Of a stretch of 64,000 bases of DNA, positions 1-13,780 are shown one piece after another. The position numbers and the translations under genes were made by a program. The stretch covers positions 153,080,001 through 153,144,000 of the forward strand of contig NC_058368.1 in NCBI RefSeq assembly GCF_018350175.1. Direction: 5' to 3'. Position 1 is the first letter of the stretch, and every line of letters begins with the position of its first letter. The DNA is from Felis catus (lineage: Eukaryota). The notes below the pieces were generated by a model. It was not told the DNA's origin, ran no database searches, and saw only the letters and a program-made list of their open reading frames with translations.

Positions 1-415
1 TGTTGGTTGTTTCCTTTGCTGTGCAGAAGCTTTTTATCTTCATAAGGTCCCAGTAATTCACTTTTGATTTTACTTCCCTTGCCTTTGGGGATGTGTCGAG
101 TAAGAGATTGCTACGGCTGAGGTCAGAGAGGTCTTTTCCTGCTTTCTCCTCTAAGGTTTTGATGGTTTCCTGTCTCACATTTAGGTCCTTTATCCATTTT
201 GAGTTTATTTTTGTGAATGGTGTGAGAAAGTGGTCTAGTTTCAACCTTCTGCATGTTGCTGTCCAGTTCTCCCAGCACCATTTGTTAAAGAGGCTGTCTT
301 TTTTCCATTGGATGTTCTTTCCTGCTTTGTCAAAGATGAGTTGGCCATACGTTTGTGGGTCTAGTTCTGGGGTTTCTATTCTATTCCATTGGTCTATGTG
401 TCTGTTTTTGTGCCA
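1..415 (-). mobile_element. Young felid LINE-1, 5'-truncated ORF2 fragment (continues left of the window)
   Basis: Reverse complement closely matches the ORF2 C-terminal part of the + L1 at about 34830-35250. Ends abruptly at 415, followed by TTAAAGAAGGTTTTT|AA, a plausible TSD with an L1 endonuclease site. Confidence 0.92.
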
Positions 416-430
416 TTAAAGAAGGTTTTT

Positions 431-850
431 AAGACAGACAGGAGAGGTGTCATTTAGAAGATGATATCTGAGCAAAGATTTAAAGGAGGCAAGGAAGTTA
501 GTCATGTGGGTATCCGGAAAGGAATATTTCTGGCAGAGGGAGCAGCCAGTGCAAAATTCCCAAGGCAAAAGCATGCCTGGGATGGCTGAGGATTGCAAAG
601 AGGCCAGTATGGCCCAAGTAGAGTGAGTGAGAGAGATTGGAAGGAAGTCAGGGAAATAGGTAAGTGTAATCACTCTGGGATTACCCTGAGAAGTCTATGG
701 GAGGAATGACAGAATCTGAGTTACAGTTTCAAATGTAAAGGGAAGCAGGGTGGAGAAGTTAGGAGGCTAATGCAAAATAGAGGCAAGACAGATAATGGGC
801 CCTTGGCCCTTGGCCCATGGCCCAAGGTGGGTAGCCTTGGAGATGTAGAT
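431..850 (-). mobile_element. L2 (LINE-2) relic
   Basis: Purine-rich L2-type text (GGCAGAGGGAGCAGCCAGTGCAAA...GAGGCCAGTATGGCCCAAGTAGAGTGAGTGAG). Confidence 0.65.
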
Positions 851-1089
851 ATGAAGCTGGTAACATTCATCTGTGCTGTTTTTGTTTGTTTGTATTTCAC
901 CAATGTTGGCTTATATCTTTATTATTTTCTTTCTTCTACTTTCTTTTTTTTTTTTAATTGAAGCATAATTGACACGCATTGTTACATACCATCTATTCTT
1001 ACCTATTTTGTTCAATTCATTATAATTAAATGTTGTATTTGGTCAGATACCTTAATCATATGGTTTATTCTTCTATTTTCCTCATTTTT

Positions 1090-1560
1090 TTGTTTCTGTC
1101 AACTTGATTTCTCAGTTTCTGAAAGAAATGAACTCTTACAATATGAGTGTGAATGTGTTGATTTTATCTTATATCAGGGTTTGCATTAATGTATTTTGAG
1201 ACTGTCTTGTTGGGTTCATGTAGTTTCCACATTATTATATCTTCAGGGTAAATTGTTCTTTTATCACTAAGTAATACATCTTTTTGTCTCTACAAATGCT
1301 TATAAGCCTTACCTTCTACTTTTTTTGGCATCAGTATTACTTTTTGCTTTGGTGTTTCCTAACTCTACTTTAAACTCTGTGGGTCCTTATTTTTAGGTAA
1401 ATCTCCTGTGGCATGTATCTGGATTTGTATAAATCAAATGTATAGTCCGATTAGCTAGTGGGTTTAATACAGTTATATTTATTGCAATTGTCGGTAAGCG
1501 AGAGTTATTTCTACTAACTCATTTTATATTTTCTATAAATCAGGCTTTTTGATAACTTTC
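1090..1560 (-). mobile_element. Ancient L1M ORF2 (endonuclease-region) relic
   Basis: T-rich degenerate match to the antisense L1 EN region (ATGTATTTTGAGACTGTCTTGTTGGG, ATTATTATATCTTC...CTTTTATCA). Confidence 0.45.
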
Positions 1561-1623
1561 TTTATACTGTCTTTTCATTGCTTTGGTTAAACAACCCACT
1601 TTTTGTTTACAAGTTGATATAGT

Positions 1624-3508
1624 TTTTTTTTTTAATTCAATTATAATTAACATAGAGCGTTATATTAGTTTCAGGTGTACAATATGATTTCAACAATTCT
1701 ATACATTGCTCAGTGTTCATCACAATAAGTATATTCTTTATCTCTTACCTATTTCACCCATCTCCCCACCCACCTCTCCTCTGGCAACCACCAGTTTGTT
1801 CTTTATATTTAAGAATCTGTCTTTTTGGATGTCTCTTTTTTTTTTTTCTTAGTTGTTTTGTTTTTTAAATTCCACATATGAGTGAAATCATGGTATTTGT
1901 CTTTCTGTGACTGACTTATTTCACTTAGCAACATACCCTCTAGATCCATCCATGTTGTTTTAAGTGGCAAGACTTCATTTCTTTTTTATGGCTAATATTC
2001 CATTTTTTATGATACACACACACAGCTTCTTTATCGATTCATCTATGGATGGACACTTCAGTTGCTTCCATAACTTGGCTACTGTAAACAATGCTGCAAT
2101 AAACATCTGTGTTTATAGTTTTTTGAATTAGTGTTTTCATTTCTTTGGGTAAACACCCAGTGGTGGAATTACTGGATCTTATGATAATTCTATTTTTAAT
2201 TTTTTTGAGGAACCTCCAGACTGTTTCCATACTGGCTCCACCATCTTGCATTCCCAGAAACAGTGTATTCTCACCAACACTTGTTGTTTTCTGTGTCTTT
2301 GATCATCATTCTGACAGGTTTAAAGTGATATCTTATTGTGATTTCGATTTGCATTTCCCTGCCCATTAGTGTTATTGAGCACCTTTTCATGTGTCTGTTA
2401 GCTATCTGTATATCTTCTTTGAAAAAATGTCTATTCATGTCTTCTGCTCATTTTCTGATTGGACTATTTGGGTTTTTTAGTATTGAGTTGTATAAATTCT
2501 TCATATATTTTGGATACTAACTCCTTATTGGATATATCATTTGCAAATCTTCTCCTATCCAGTGTGTTTTCTTTTTGTTTTGTTGATATTTCCTTTGCTG
2601 TGCAAAAGCTTTTTATTTTGGGGTAGTCTCAATAGTTTAATTTTGTTTTGTTTCCATTGCCAAAGGAGACAGCTAGAAAAATGTTTCTACAGCTGATGTC
2701 AAAGAGATTATTGTCTGTGTTTTCTTCTAGGTATTTTATGGTTTCAGGTCTCACGTTTAGGTCTTTAATTCTTTTTTGAGTTTATTTTTTGTTTATGATG
2801 TAAAAAAGTAGTTCAATTTCATTCTTGTGCATATAGCTGTCTTGTGCATATAGCTCTTGTGCATATAGCTGTCTCATTTTTCCCAGCACCATTTATTGAA
2901 AAGACTATCTTTTTTTCATTGTATATTCTTGCCTCCTTTGTTGTAGATTAATTGACCATATAATCGTAGGTTTATTTCTGGGCTCTGTATTCTATTCCCT
3001 TGTCTATTTTTGTGCCAGTACCATATTGTTTTGATTACTACAGCTTTGCAGTCTATCTTGAAATCTGAGATTGTGTTGAGCTTTGAAGAAATCTTCAAGA
3101 TTGCTTTGGCTATTGGGGGTCTTTTGTGGTTCCTTACAAATTTTAGGATTATTTGTTCTAGTTCTGTAAAAAAATGCTGTTGATATTTTGATAGGGATTT
3201 CATTAGGTTTGTAGATTGCTTTGAGTAGTGTGGACATTTTTAACAATATTTTTTCTCCAAATCCATGAGCATGGAGTATCTTTCTGTTCATTTGTCAACT
3301 TCAATTTCTTTCGTGTTTTATAATTTTTGGAGTACAGGTCTTTCACCTCTTTGATTAAGTTTATTCCTAAGTATTTTATTCTTTCTGGTGCAACTGTAAA
3401 TGGGATTTTTTTTTTAATTTCTCTTTATGCTACTTCTTCATTAGTATATGGAAATCCACCCATTTCTGTATATTGATTTTGTATTCTCAAATTTATATAG
3501 TTTTTGAG

Positions 3509-3510
<2 letters not shown>
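1624..3510 (-). mobile_element. Older carnivore LINE-1 3' portion (3'UTR plus ORF2 C-terminus)
   Basis: Poly-T at 1624, L1 3'UTR, ORF2 peptides in the ORF track ([36 protein letters not shown]); many frameshifts. Confidence 0.92.

Positions 3511-3511
<1 letters not shown>

Positions 3512-3552
<41 letters not shown>
3512..3552. repeat. (CA)n microsatellite
   Basis: About 20 CA units, seen directly. Confidence 0.95.
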
Positions 3553-3558
<6 letters not shown>

Positions 3559-4149
3559 CACTTAGCAAAATATACACTTAGCAAAAATTTTAAAGTTAAT
3601 GTCTTTAATTTTTCCATTAATAATAGAAGGACATGTATTTCCTTGTGAGGTTTATAATTTTTGCTGTTGTAAATCCAGCTAGGTAAGGGTAATTTTTTAT
3701 AGGAAATCCCTGTGCCCTTTAATGGGATCCTGCACAACTCACAGGTTCCAGACCAGTTTTATCTTAATTTCTTAGCATGATATTCCTGATCTATATGAAC
3801 AGTGTCAATTTGGATGCAACATCTTCATGGGCGGCAGGAATTGGAATTCAGATATCTGTCTAGCAACTATTTTCCACTTTCTTACAGCAGTCAACAAGGA
3901 CTTCTCTGGTACCCCTCTCATCCTGGCAGCCATTCATGGCCTCTAGAATCCTGCATTAACTGCATTCTATCACTTTCAGGCAGGGTCCTGCCACATACAC
4001 AGGCATTAAACCCAAGCTTCTCTGGTTCTGACTGCTCTGTGAGCCACAAGACTGTACCCTCCAAATCTGTCGCTTTATTTTATACACATGAAGAAATGTG
4101 GTTTTATGTGTTGAATTAGACTATACATTTAAATTTTTATTATTCTTGG

Positions 4150-4238
4150 TGTTTTTTGTTTGTTTGTTTTTAAGTGAGCTCTATGCCCAATGAGATCAAG
4201 AGTCGCATGTTCTACTGACTAAGCCAGCCAGGTGCCCA
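4150..4238 (-). mobile_element. Short/old Can-SINE
   Basis: GAGATCAAGAGTCGCATGTTCTACTGACTAAGCCAGCCAGGTGCCC is the antisense SINE head. Confidence 0.75.
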
Positions 4239-4432
4239 TCTTGTTTATTTTTTAAGAAATTTATTTGTTTGGAGCAGAGGAAAGTTATTACACATCAGTA
4301 CAGTCAACCATATTGACCTGAAGTCTATTTTCCACATTTTCACTTTAATATTCAAAATCTTAGTGATATTGATTTACATTTCTGATGCTGCCTTACTCAA
4401 AGGCACTGTTTGTTTAAAATTTCTGTTTTTCT

Positions 4433-4661
4433 GGGGTGCCTGGTAGCTTCGTTGGTTAAACAGCTGACTTTGGCTCAGGTCATGATCTCACAGCTTGTGG
4501 GTTCAAGCCCCGTATCCTGTTCTGTTCTGACAGCCCAGAGCCTGGAGCCTGCTTCAGATTCTGTGTCTCCCTCTCTCTCTGCCCCTCCCCCACTTGCTCA
4601 CACTCACTCTCTCTCTCTCTCTCTGTCTCAAAAATAAATAAACATAAAAAATTTTTTTAAA
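4433..4661 (+). mobile_element. Can-SINE (SINEC_Fc type)
   Basis: tRNA-derived head, CT tract, A tail; TSD TTAAAATTTCTGYTTTTCT. Confidence 0.95.
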
Positions 4662-6139
4662 TTAAAATTTCTGCTTTTCTTGTTTTTTTTGAATCACCAA
4701 ATACTTTAATTCCTTTATATAAGGGGAATACAGTTTAGCACATAAATTCTTAACCAACTTTGGTTTTGTGATAACTTGATTTTATATATGAATACTAAAA
4801 TTTAGAAAGTTTTAAACTTTATATTCAACATTTTAACTGAACATATGAGCAGTGATTGCTTTTTCTAAATCTTCCCAAAAAAGCTGGAAGACTGAGTCCA
4901 GGGAAGGCCAGGAGGTTACACAAACATTTTTCTGAGGCTTGTGGAGTCAGTCTAAATGCAAGACACATTATATTTCAATCTGATAAGATGAGGTTTGTAA
5001 ACTTTTTGAGCAGGTTAACATCTGAGTAACACAAAACTCATGGAAGAATCTGCCTCAGTTGTGACAGCATTGTAACAAGGATATCTGAACATTTGAAAAG
5101 AGATTCAATAAGGGTGATGTGACACAGTAGATTATTAACACCTATTCGTCAGTTCTATTTTAGCAAAGGATCCTTCTAGAAGGTTTATTGTCAAGTACTC
5201 TGTCCTCCCAGAGTTACCCTTCTATAATATGGTTTTGAGAGCCTGACCTGATTCCCTGTCATAGGAAAGGTGAAGAGGATAATGTCTTTACCCACTTTTC
5301 CACCAACACTTGTGCTCTGGATTTCTGCATCTAGCTTCTTCCACACGTTTTCCTCTCTCTGTTTGTTATTAACAAAGAGATGAAACATAGATTCTTCCAA
5401 ATTCAACAAATTCATTCAAAATTTGAATTCATTCAAATTCAACAAGCAGAAGTCAGGGTAAAGAAAAGACAAAACAGAATATGAAGCATTTTCCTTGGCA
5501 TCCTTATTTTTAAGGATTTCTCCTGTCACCTGCAACTGAGAGATTTCCTCAGTGGTCTCTTTCTTATGTCCTCAGCTGTCACTGCCTCCCTTGGAAAGGA
5601 ACTACCCCTGGAAAGGAACAGTTTTTTCCTCACTTGCTTTGAAGAACATATCGACTTTTCTTTGAACTCACCTTTTCTTTCTCTTGAGGCCCATGCATTT
5701 ACCCCCCAATGACTTATTAAGGAGTTTTGCTAACCATATTATATCCCTAAGAAGAATTCTGTTTACCATAGTTTGAAATAATATATTTTTCTTCCCCAAC
5801 ATGTTCCAGATGCATTTTATAACTTTTACCTCACCCCAATTTTCTGAAATGCTTTGATTAATAACTTTGAGTTTATTAAAAACAAAAAAAATTTAGGAAT
5901 GTAATTTTCAGGAATGAGATTGATAAGTTATTATTATATATATTATATATAACATATATTATATACATTATAAATATATATTAACTAGCCCAATTTAGTG
6001 AGGTCAAATCAAGTAGTATATGCAGACCAATATATAACAGCAAAAGGAAACCAAAAAGATCTTGGATTTTTAATCAAATTGAAAAGCCATATTACCTTGG
6101 ACATCAAGATCATAGATATATTCATGTATCTACTTGTCT

Positions 6140-6224
6140 AGTTCCAAATCTTCTTTCAACACTTACTGTGTGACCTTGAACAAGTAATTTAACTTTTCTG
6201 TTCTTCAGTTTTCTCATCTGTAAC

Positions 6225-6258
<34 letters not shown>

Positions 6259-6340
6259 TGCCTACCTCATGGATGTTGTAAGCAATAATTTAGTTAATAC
6301 AAGCAAGCTCTTAGTACAATGCCTGGCATCTTGTTAGCTA
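6140..6340 (+). mobile_element. MIR with internal (AAT)n expansion (6224-6258)
   Basis: MIR core TGTGACCTTGAACAAGTAATTTAAC...CAGTTTTCTCATCTGTAA. Confidence 0.85.
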
Positions 6341-6475
6341 AGATTTACATACTCACACCACATATGTTATCTCAAGGATTTGAGAACAAAAGTATGACGC
6401 AAAGAAGGAGGCTTACAGGTTAGGGTTTTAGATTAAATGTCACAGATATCTGACATGCAGAATATACTCAGTGAA

Positions 6476-6653
6476 GGGGCACCTGGGTGGCACAGTAGGT
6501 TAAGTGTCCAACTCTTGATTTAGGCTCACATCAGGATCTTGTGGTTCATAACTTCAAGCCCTGCATCGATACTAGCTCAGAGCCTGCTTAGGATTTGTCC
6601 TCTCTCTGCCCTCCCCTGTTTGCTCTCTCTCTTAAATAAATAAACACTTAAGA

Positions 6654-6693
<40 letters not shown>
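6476..6693 (+). mobile_element. Can-SINE followed by (TG)n (6654-6693)
   Basis: GGGGCACCTGGGTGGCACAG head, AATAAA tail. Confidence 0.9.
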
Positions 6694-6696
<3 letters not shown>

Positions 6697-7035
6697 AAAT
6701 CGATAAAGAAATCACTATCTTTCAACTTTATTCTAATATATGCCAAATAAATCTAAATTATTCATAAGGAAGTAAGGCATGCACCCTTACATTTTTCTTA
6801 ATATTTTTTTCTGGCTCCTTAGAAAATCTGATAAAAACAATTTACTTGTTTCAATAACTGTGTGAAAACAATAGTGCTTACATATTGGATTCATGGTTCC
6901 CACAAAGCCCATCCTGATATCTCAAGTTAAGAATTCATGGCTTAAGAGTCTCTGGTAGGAAATCAATTGGGGAAAAAAAGGTTTTTTTAAACTGTTTCTA
7001 ATGTTGAGAATTACAAGACATAGATGACTTCCTGT

Positions 7036-7528
7036 TGTTAGGAACTCTGATGCTTCTGAAATTTTACCCTCCTTGCTAGCTAAGAAATTAGCCTGCTATA
7101 GGGCATGAATACTGGCAGAAATGAAAATTCCAGGTTAGAGATAAAGCAATTCATGACCCAGCAAGGGCAGCTCATGTTCACATCTATTTCCGTTGCCCCC
7201 TCAAGACTCAGGGGCCAGTGCAAAGCAGCCTAGGCAGATGCTATGTACAGAAGTGGATTCGTATCCCAGCTGAGGATTCTCAAGCTTAGGAAACTCCAGT
7301 CTTTTATAATGGGCTGCAGGCAAATCTGTCTGATCTTTACACTGGAAGGACACATCTTTATTATATTAGAAAACAGCACAGAAGTCTGCCTTCTGCTCCA
7401 GAGGAGAGTGCTATCTCTATCTTCCAAGGCTATCCATACTTTCTTGAAAAGATAGTCCAGAACAAAAGCTGTCAGTGCCTCTCTTGCAAGACAGAAAGAA
7501 ACAGACCCTTGGAGACCTTGTCCCAACA
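7036..7528 (-). mobile_element. Solo LTR, LTR40-like (ERVL)
   Basis: TG...CA termini; the reverse complement begins TGTTGGGACAAGGTCTCCAAGGGTCT...AGAGGCACTGACAGCTTTTGTTCTGGACTATCTTTTCAAG, matching my recollection of LTR40. Confidence 0.75.
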
Positions 7529-7883
7529 TGTGTCCCACCATGTATCGTGGAAGAGATATTGTCAGGTTTTAGTTGGCAGAGGGGGAATAGTTAGTTATAT
7601 GGATAGATAATCCATAATCTCTTCACTGTAATAGAAATATGAAAGGAACAAGGTATACATAGTGATTGCCTTTGGGAAGCTTACAGACTTTAAACAAATA
7701 AGCCTTACAGTGTATTGCAATTTAGATAAATTCCACCAGAGGTAATTAAATGGATTTATGAAATTGTACATTAGGGGGACTTGATCTATGATGACGTCAA
7801 AGGAAGTGTCCCCAAGAAATAACACGTGAAAACAAGGCCTACCAGAGTAGTAGGAATCATCAGGTTAAGAGTAGGGAACACAT

Positions 7884-8092
7884 GGGCTCCTGGGTGGCTC
7901 AGTCGGTTTAGTGTCCGACTTCAGCTCAGGTCATGGTCTCACAGTTCACGGGTTTGAGCCCCATATTGGGCTTTGTGCTGACTGCACAGAGCCTGCTTTG
8001 AATTCTGTATCCCTCTCTCTGTCTGCCCCTCCCCCACTCTCTCTCTCTCAAAAATAAATAAACATTAAAAATTTTTAAGGAAAAAAAAAAAA
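7884..8092 (+). mobile_element. Can-SINE
   Basis: Typical head, CT tract and A tail. Confidence 0.93.
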
Positions 8093-8389
8093 GAGTAGGT
8101 AGTGCAGTATTTTGAGTAAAAGGAAAATCTTCCTGGAGGAAGAAAGCCTGGATTACTGGAGGAACAGGACACAGGAGGGCCAGGATTATTCAATCAGAAT
8201 AAAAAAAGCAGGGGCCAGATTGGATTTTGGACTTGATCCTGATAACAATGCAGTCACTCAAAGGTTAAGAGAGAGCACGCCCTTACTATATTTGCATTGT
8301 AAAAGCCTCCACTGCCACCACCGCCACTATTGTTGGTAAGAGATTATAGGGAAATCAATGAATTCAGACAGGGGAGTTGAAAGCTTATT

Positions 8390-8580
8390 TATTTACATAA
8401 GCCAGACAAGAGGTGATGGTGACCTGTGTATAGACACTGGCATCGTAGATGAAAAGAAATGATGGATTCCAAAATATCTATAAAATGTAGTTGTCAGGCC
8501 TGGGTGATTGATTTGATATTTAGAGGGAGAAAAAGTCATGGGCAATTCTCAGATTTCTGGCATGGGAAACTGCACAGGCA
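8390..8580 (-). mobile_element. L2 relic
   Basis: AGACAAGAGGTGATGGTGACCTG...CAGATTTCTGGCATGGGAAACT resembles L2. Confidence 0.45.
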
Positions 8581-9123
8581 GAGTGCCTAGAAAGAATTAT
8601 CTAGCCTCTTGGGGATTCATCTCAGAAATTCACTTCTATTTCAGTGGCAGCAAGCATTTTAGATATATACACATAAGGAACCTGCTTGTCTCTATAGCCC
8701 TAACAACTAACTTTGGTACAGATGAAGGATGAGCTGTAGGGGATTGAGATGTCAACATATACCTCCTAACCTTAATATAGAGCTCTGTTTCACTCGAATT
8801 CATTGAAGAAAAGAGTATCCTTATGTTATCAGTTGGTAAAATATTACTTCTCACATTTTCCTAGCAGTATGATCCCTTCCAAATAGCACAATTTAAATCA
8901 GGATGTAATGCCATCATTAACTCTCCCTCACTTCCCAATGTGTTCATTTTGTCATGTTGTCTTAATGCCCATGGATGCCCTTAATGCCCATTCTGAATAT
9001 ATAGGAGTTATGTAACCATATCAAGTATGTATTGAGCCTGCTGTTCACAGTGTGTAAGTTATTTTTTGGGATTAAGGAACTCCCAAAAGCATCTTCTTGA
9101 AGTATTTAAAAATACATTTGCTA

Positions 9124-9360
9124 GGGGCACCCAGGTGGCTCAGTTGGTTAAGCATCCAACTTTGGCTAAGGTCATGATCTCAAGGTTCATGGGTTCAAGC
9201 CCCGCTTCGGGCTCTGTGGTGACAGTTCAGAGCCTGGAGCCTGCTTCGGATTCTGTGTTTCCTTCTCTCTGCCCTTCCCCCGCTCACACCCTCACACTGT
9301 CTCTCTGTCTCTCTGTCTCAAAAATAAACAAACACTAAAAAATAAATGAATAAATAAAAA
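9124..9360 (+). mobile_element. Can-SINE
   Basis: TSD AAAAATRCATTTGCTA at 9108 and 9357. Confidence 0.95.
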
Positions 9361-11336
9361 ATGCATTTGCTAAAAATCCAACTTGAACTCTTCTAGGAAA
9401 ACACATCGCTTGTGTTTCTAAAAACCTTCAGAGCAAGGTAGGATTCAGGTAGCTGTGAAGACAGAAGATGACATTAGGGTTCTGTCTCACTCCATGACTG
9501 ACTTCTGGGTTCTCTTATTGCTTTCATTATTGGCAGGCTTTCTCCATGAGGCAGGAAAAGAGGCCACTGGCAAATCCTAGCCTATGTGGTCCTTCTGGTT
9601 TCTCAGTGAAGAGCATATTGCTTTTCTGTCATAAAAACTGGGAAGGCCCAGTTAAGTCAGTGTGGCCAGAGGATGAAGCACTGACTGTCCTACTAGGGTC
9701 ACCTGTTTACTTAGCTAGTTCAGCTGGAACTGCATGTTATCTCTGCTCCATAAGAAGAGGAGGATATGACCCCAGAGCATGGGGAAGGGATGATGGACGG
9801 GCACAGATACCAACAAACAACATGATCATTTCAGTTAGGAAAACTGGGGAGATGCTGAAACATGGTTGAATGACTCCAGTAAGGACAGATGCAGAACTGC
9901 AGACCTGAAAGAGTAAAACAAGGTGCACAGGGACAAATGAAGAAGAGGCAGTTGTGCAGTAACACAAATAGAAGATGAAAAGACTGTACAGTGTGTTGCT
10001 TGTGAATCAATAGGTGCCAAAGTTTTGAAAGCCAGGAAATAGAAAGATACATTAAAAACTATGTGCAGAGGAGGGGAATGATGATTCAGTTTTACTATTT
10101 TACTACCTTAAGTCAGATGCTTGTCTCTAAGCCGGGACTCTTCAACTAAAAAAGTAGACTGAAAACATTTCAGAAGAGTTCTACAAAGATGAGTAGCAGG
10201 TAGAAAATGAAATTTAAAAAGCAATAAGCAGGTATGTAGTGCTTTGTAGTGCTCACAAGGCAAAGTAAGGCCTTTTGAGGAGGATAAAAGATATAAAATT
10301 ATTGTAATAGGGAAATACGAATTTAATACTTTTATGTATATATGTTCCTGTGCATTTTAAAAATGGCTATTTTTCTTTCTGCATCTGTACTCAAGATAAA
10401 ACAGAATAAAAGAAGTTTGAGCAGAAGCATAAAATATTTGGATTAGAGATAGGGAAAGTTTTAACTAGAAGTCATGAAGTGTTGGTATGAATTAGGAGCC
10501 TTCTCTGGAATCTTTTAAAATAAAATTCCTTCTCGTCTCTTCGATTGGTGGAGGTCCTGCACTGCTCAGAGTTGAAGCAGGAGTTCCAGGAGTGCTGGCT
10601 TCACAAGGGTGAGAATCACATGTTACACAAGTTTGCATCTTAGGAGCAAGAGCATAAGAGACTCTAAAATATTTGCTGAGTCAATGTGTGTTGTTGCTAG
10701 TTTATATATACGCTCAATTCTTAATTTTCTGTGTATGGAATCTGTTTTTGTGGATCTACCAAACAAATATTAGGCTGGTGTTATCATCATGCATAGCAGA
10801 CTCCTAGACTGCCAACTTTCTAGCTACTGTGTTTTCAGTGAATAGAAGTGAGATCTGCTATCAATCCAAGTAAAAGATTAATGACAATGTGGTACTGATA
10901 CAATTTCTAATTATCTGCAATTTGGGATCAGCTGGTCCATTGTCTCCATCTATTATTATCAACTAAGAGTTTATTCTAACACTGATTATGAAGGATGGAG
11001 TTTATTAATATCACAGGTTATACTGAATAAAAAGCACATGGTCATAACACCGTGATGAATAGATTCAATACTGAGTTCAGGTCAAAATGGATTTGAGTGA
11101 TGGAATTTAGGCTTACAAAGAAACTGAAGGCCCATCTTCTACTTAACCTCTCCTTCTGTTGACATGTCATTATTTAAGTGACAATGAGATTGAGGCCCAG
11201 TTGAGGTGAATGATTTGCCAATGTAAAATTACCACTTTAAGGCAGAACTTGTAGCGGAACCACTTAAAAGAGGAAAATTTCCTGAAGTCAGAGGAAAGTT
11301 TTCAGAGGCCATAACTTAATAGAAATATTAATTTCA

Positions 11337-11503
11337 GGGGTGCCTGGGTGGCTCAGTTGGTTAAGCATCCGACTGTGGCTCAGGTCATCTCACGCTTCAG
11401 GTGTGGGTTCAAGCGCTGTGTTGAGCCCTGTGCTGATAGCTACGAGCCTGGAGTCTGTTTCGGATTCTGTGTCTCCCTCTCTCTCTGCCCCTCCCCTGCT
11501 CAT

Positions 11504-11577
<74 letters not shown>

Positions 11578-11633
11578 CCTCTCCCTCTCTCTCTCTCAAA
11601 AATAAATAAACGTTAAAAAAAATTTTTTAAGAA
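11337..11633 (+). mobile_element. Can-SINE with expanded (CT)n (about 11505-11597)
   Basis: TSD AATATTAATTTCAG on both sides. Confidence 0.95.
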
Positions 11634-13020
11634 AAATATTAATTTCAGTTGGTTACTATAATCTCTTAATACCATCATGAGACTTCATTGACTTGCAGTT
11701 GTTTTTGTGATGCTCTGCAAACACATTCAGCACTGCAGCCAAACTTAGTATGTTTGTTTCCCTTCTTCTCATGTATAAAGAACACCTCACAGAGTGCCTT
11801 AGATTTAAGGAGAACTTAGGTGGTAAAATTAAAATTAGCTCTCCATCAGGAAATAGTTGTCAGGATGAAGAAATCTGGAAGTTATTTCACTGCTTCACAG
11901 AGGTTTGAAGCTTGAGACTCATAGTTTAGTTCTACTGACTTACCTAAGACCTAATTACTCTAGTCCATACACCATTGGCCCAGGGAAGACATGTTCACTC
12001 AGTTCAAGCAGGCTCTCCAAGCTCTGCCTACTTCTGTGCAATCAGTTAAGTGGTTAATGCCTTATGAAGAAATTGTGTGTTGCTATAGTTGTTTTAATTT
12101 ATTTTGAATAATAAAAAAATCTAGGAGTCATACTATTGGGAGTCACCTTAAATGATAATGAATTATAATAAGTATCACACTATACTTGCAACCACAAAGT
12201 AAACTGTTTTATTTCATTCAGTTGGGCCAGCGCTGCCCATTTGGACCTCACAAAACATGTCTACCTCCTTGGATATTAAAATAAGTGTTGAAGTGCTTCA
12301 CTGTGATACATTTTGGTTTTTAGCCCATCGCATCGCAGAGAGCTAAACTTTAAATACTAACTCAAGATAATTTAATCGGAATAAAATTTCAGTATTAGAA
12401 AATACAGCAGTCTTTAAAAAATAAGACTCTACACATTAGCCGACAATCTCTGTCCTGTTTCGTTTATGCAGTTCTAAAGTTATGTATGTCAGGACTTTAA
12501 CAAACATGTGCTTGTAAACCCATAAATGGGAGGTACCATAGGAAGCAGGTCTCCATGATGGTGTTCCATGTGATTCCAAGTACTGAAAGGGTTTACTGTT
12601 TTGCTCCAACTCTTTATTGAAATCCTCAAAACTTGATTCCTTGATTTTTTTTCCTTCCCAAGAGAACAAACAAGCTATAGTTTGAGTCAGTAATAACACC
12701 AAGCATTTTTATTAATGTGTGCTCAGCAACAGCCTGAGACTTGTGTGGTTACTTGAGCCACAGACCAGTGTCTGTCGGCAGTTTCCTGTTAAGCATCTGG
12801 AAAAAGCACATGTAATTCTTTTGAGAAGAAACACCAAAATTTAATCTCTGCTTGATTATCTCAGATGTAATCAAAGAAGGAAACCTATGGTGTGTTCTTG
12901 ACTGTAATACAATAGACCTGTCTATAGTCTGGAGAAATCCATCTGTGTTTATTTTCCTTCCAGAGGAATATCTAGCCCAGATATAGTCCTGTTAGTATTA
13001 TATTGGTTCAAACTGACAAG

Positions 13021-13221
13021 TTTTTTTTTAATATTTATTTATTTTTGAGAGAGATAGAGAGCAGGGGAAGGGCAGAGAGAGAAGGACAGAGAGGATCTGA
13101 AGCAGGCTCTGCACAGACAGCAGAGAGCCTGATGCAGGGCTTGAACTCATGAACTGGGAGATCACGACTCCAGTGAAACCAAGAGTCAGACATTTACCTG
13201 ACTGAGCCACTCAGGCATCCC
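13021..13221 (-). mobile_element. Can-SINE
   Basis: Antisense tail, GA tract and head; flanked by CTGACAA. Confidence 0.93.
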
Positions 13222-13369
13222 TGACAAATCTTTTTTTCTTTTAAAGATACCTTGATGGTGATACTCTTTGAAGCTATAGAAGTTTTTGCCACAAGTTTTG
13301 GGGGGGGGGGAGCGGGGGGTTCCTAGGGTTTTTTGTTCTTTATCTTTTTTTGTTTTTTGTTTTTGTTTG

Positions 13370-13730
13370 TTTTTTTAAAGTAGGCTCCAGACCCAGTATG
13401 GGGCTTGAACTCAAAACCTTGAGATTAAGAGTCACATGCTCTATGGGGTACCCGGGGGGCTTAGGTGGTTAAGTGGTTAGGTGTCCAAATTCAGCTCAGG
13501 TCATGATCTCATGGCTCAGCTCATGAGTTTGAGCCCCGCATGGGGCTCTGTGCTGATAGCTCAGAGCCTGGAGCCTGCTTTGGTTCCCTCTGTCTCCCTC
13601 TGTCTCTACCCCTCCCCCGCTCATGCGCTTGCACACGCACACACGCGCGTGCGCACTCTCTCTCTCTCAAATGTAAATAAACATTTAAAAAAAAATTAGA
13701 GTCACATGCTCTACCGACTAAGCCATTTAG
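13370..13730 (-). mobile_element. Old short Can-SINE (-) split by a younger + Can-SINE
   Basis: GGGGCTTGAACTCAAAACCTTGAGATTAAGAGTCACATGCTCTA continues as CCGACTAAGCCA after the insertion. Confidence 0.85.
13445..13697 (+). mobile_element. Can-SINE nested in an older SINE
   Basis: 16-bp TSD AGAGTCACATGCTCTA at 13428-13443 and 13698-13713. Confidence 0.93.
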
Positions 13731-13780
13731 CTATGCATTTTATAAGGATACTTTGCTCAATGCCCAGCCACCTTGTTGAG

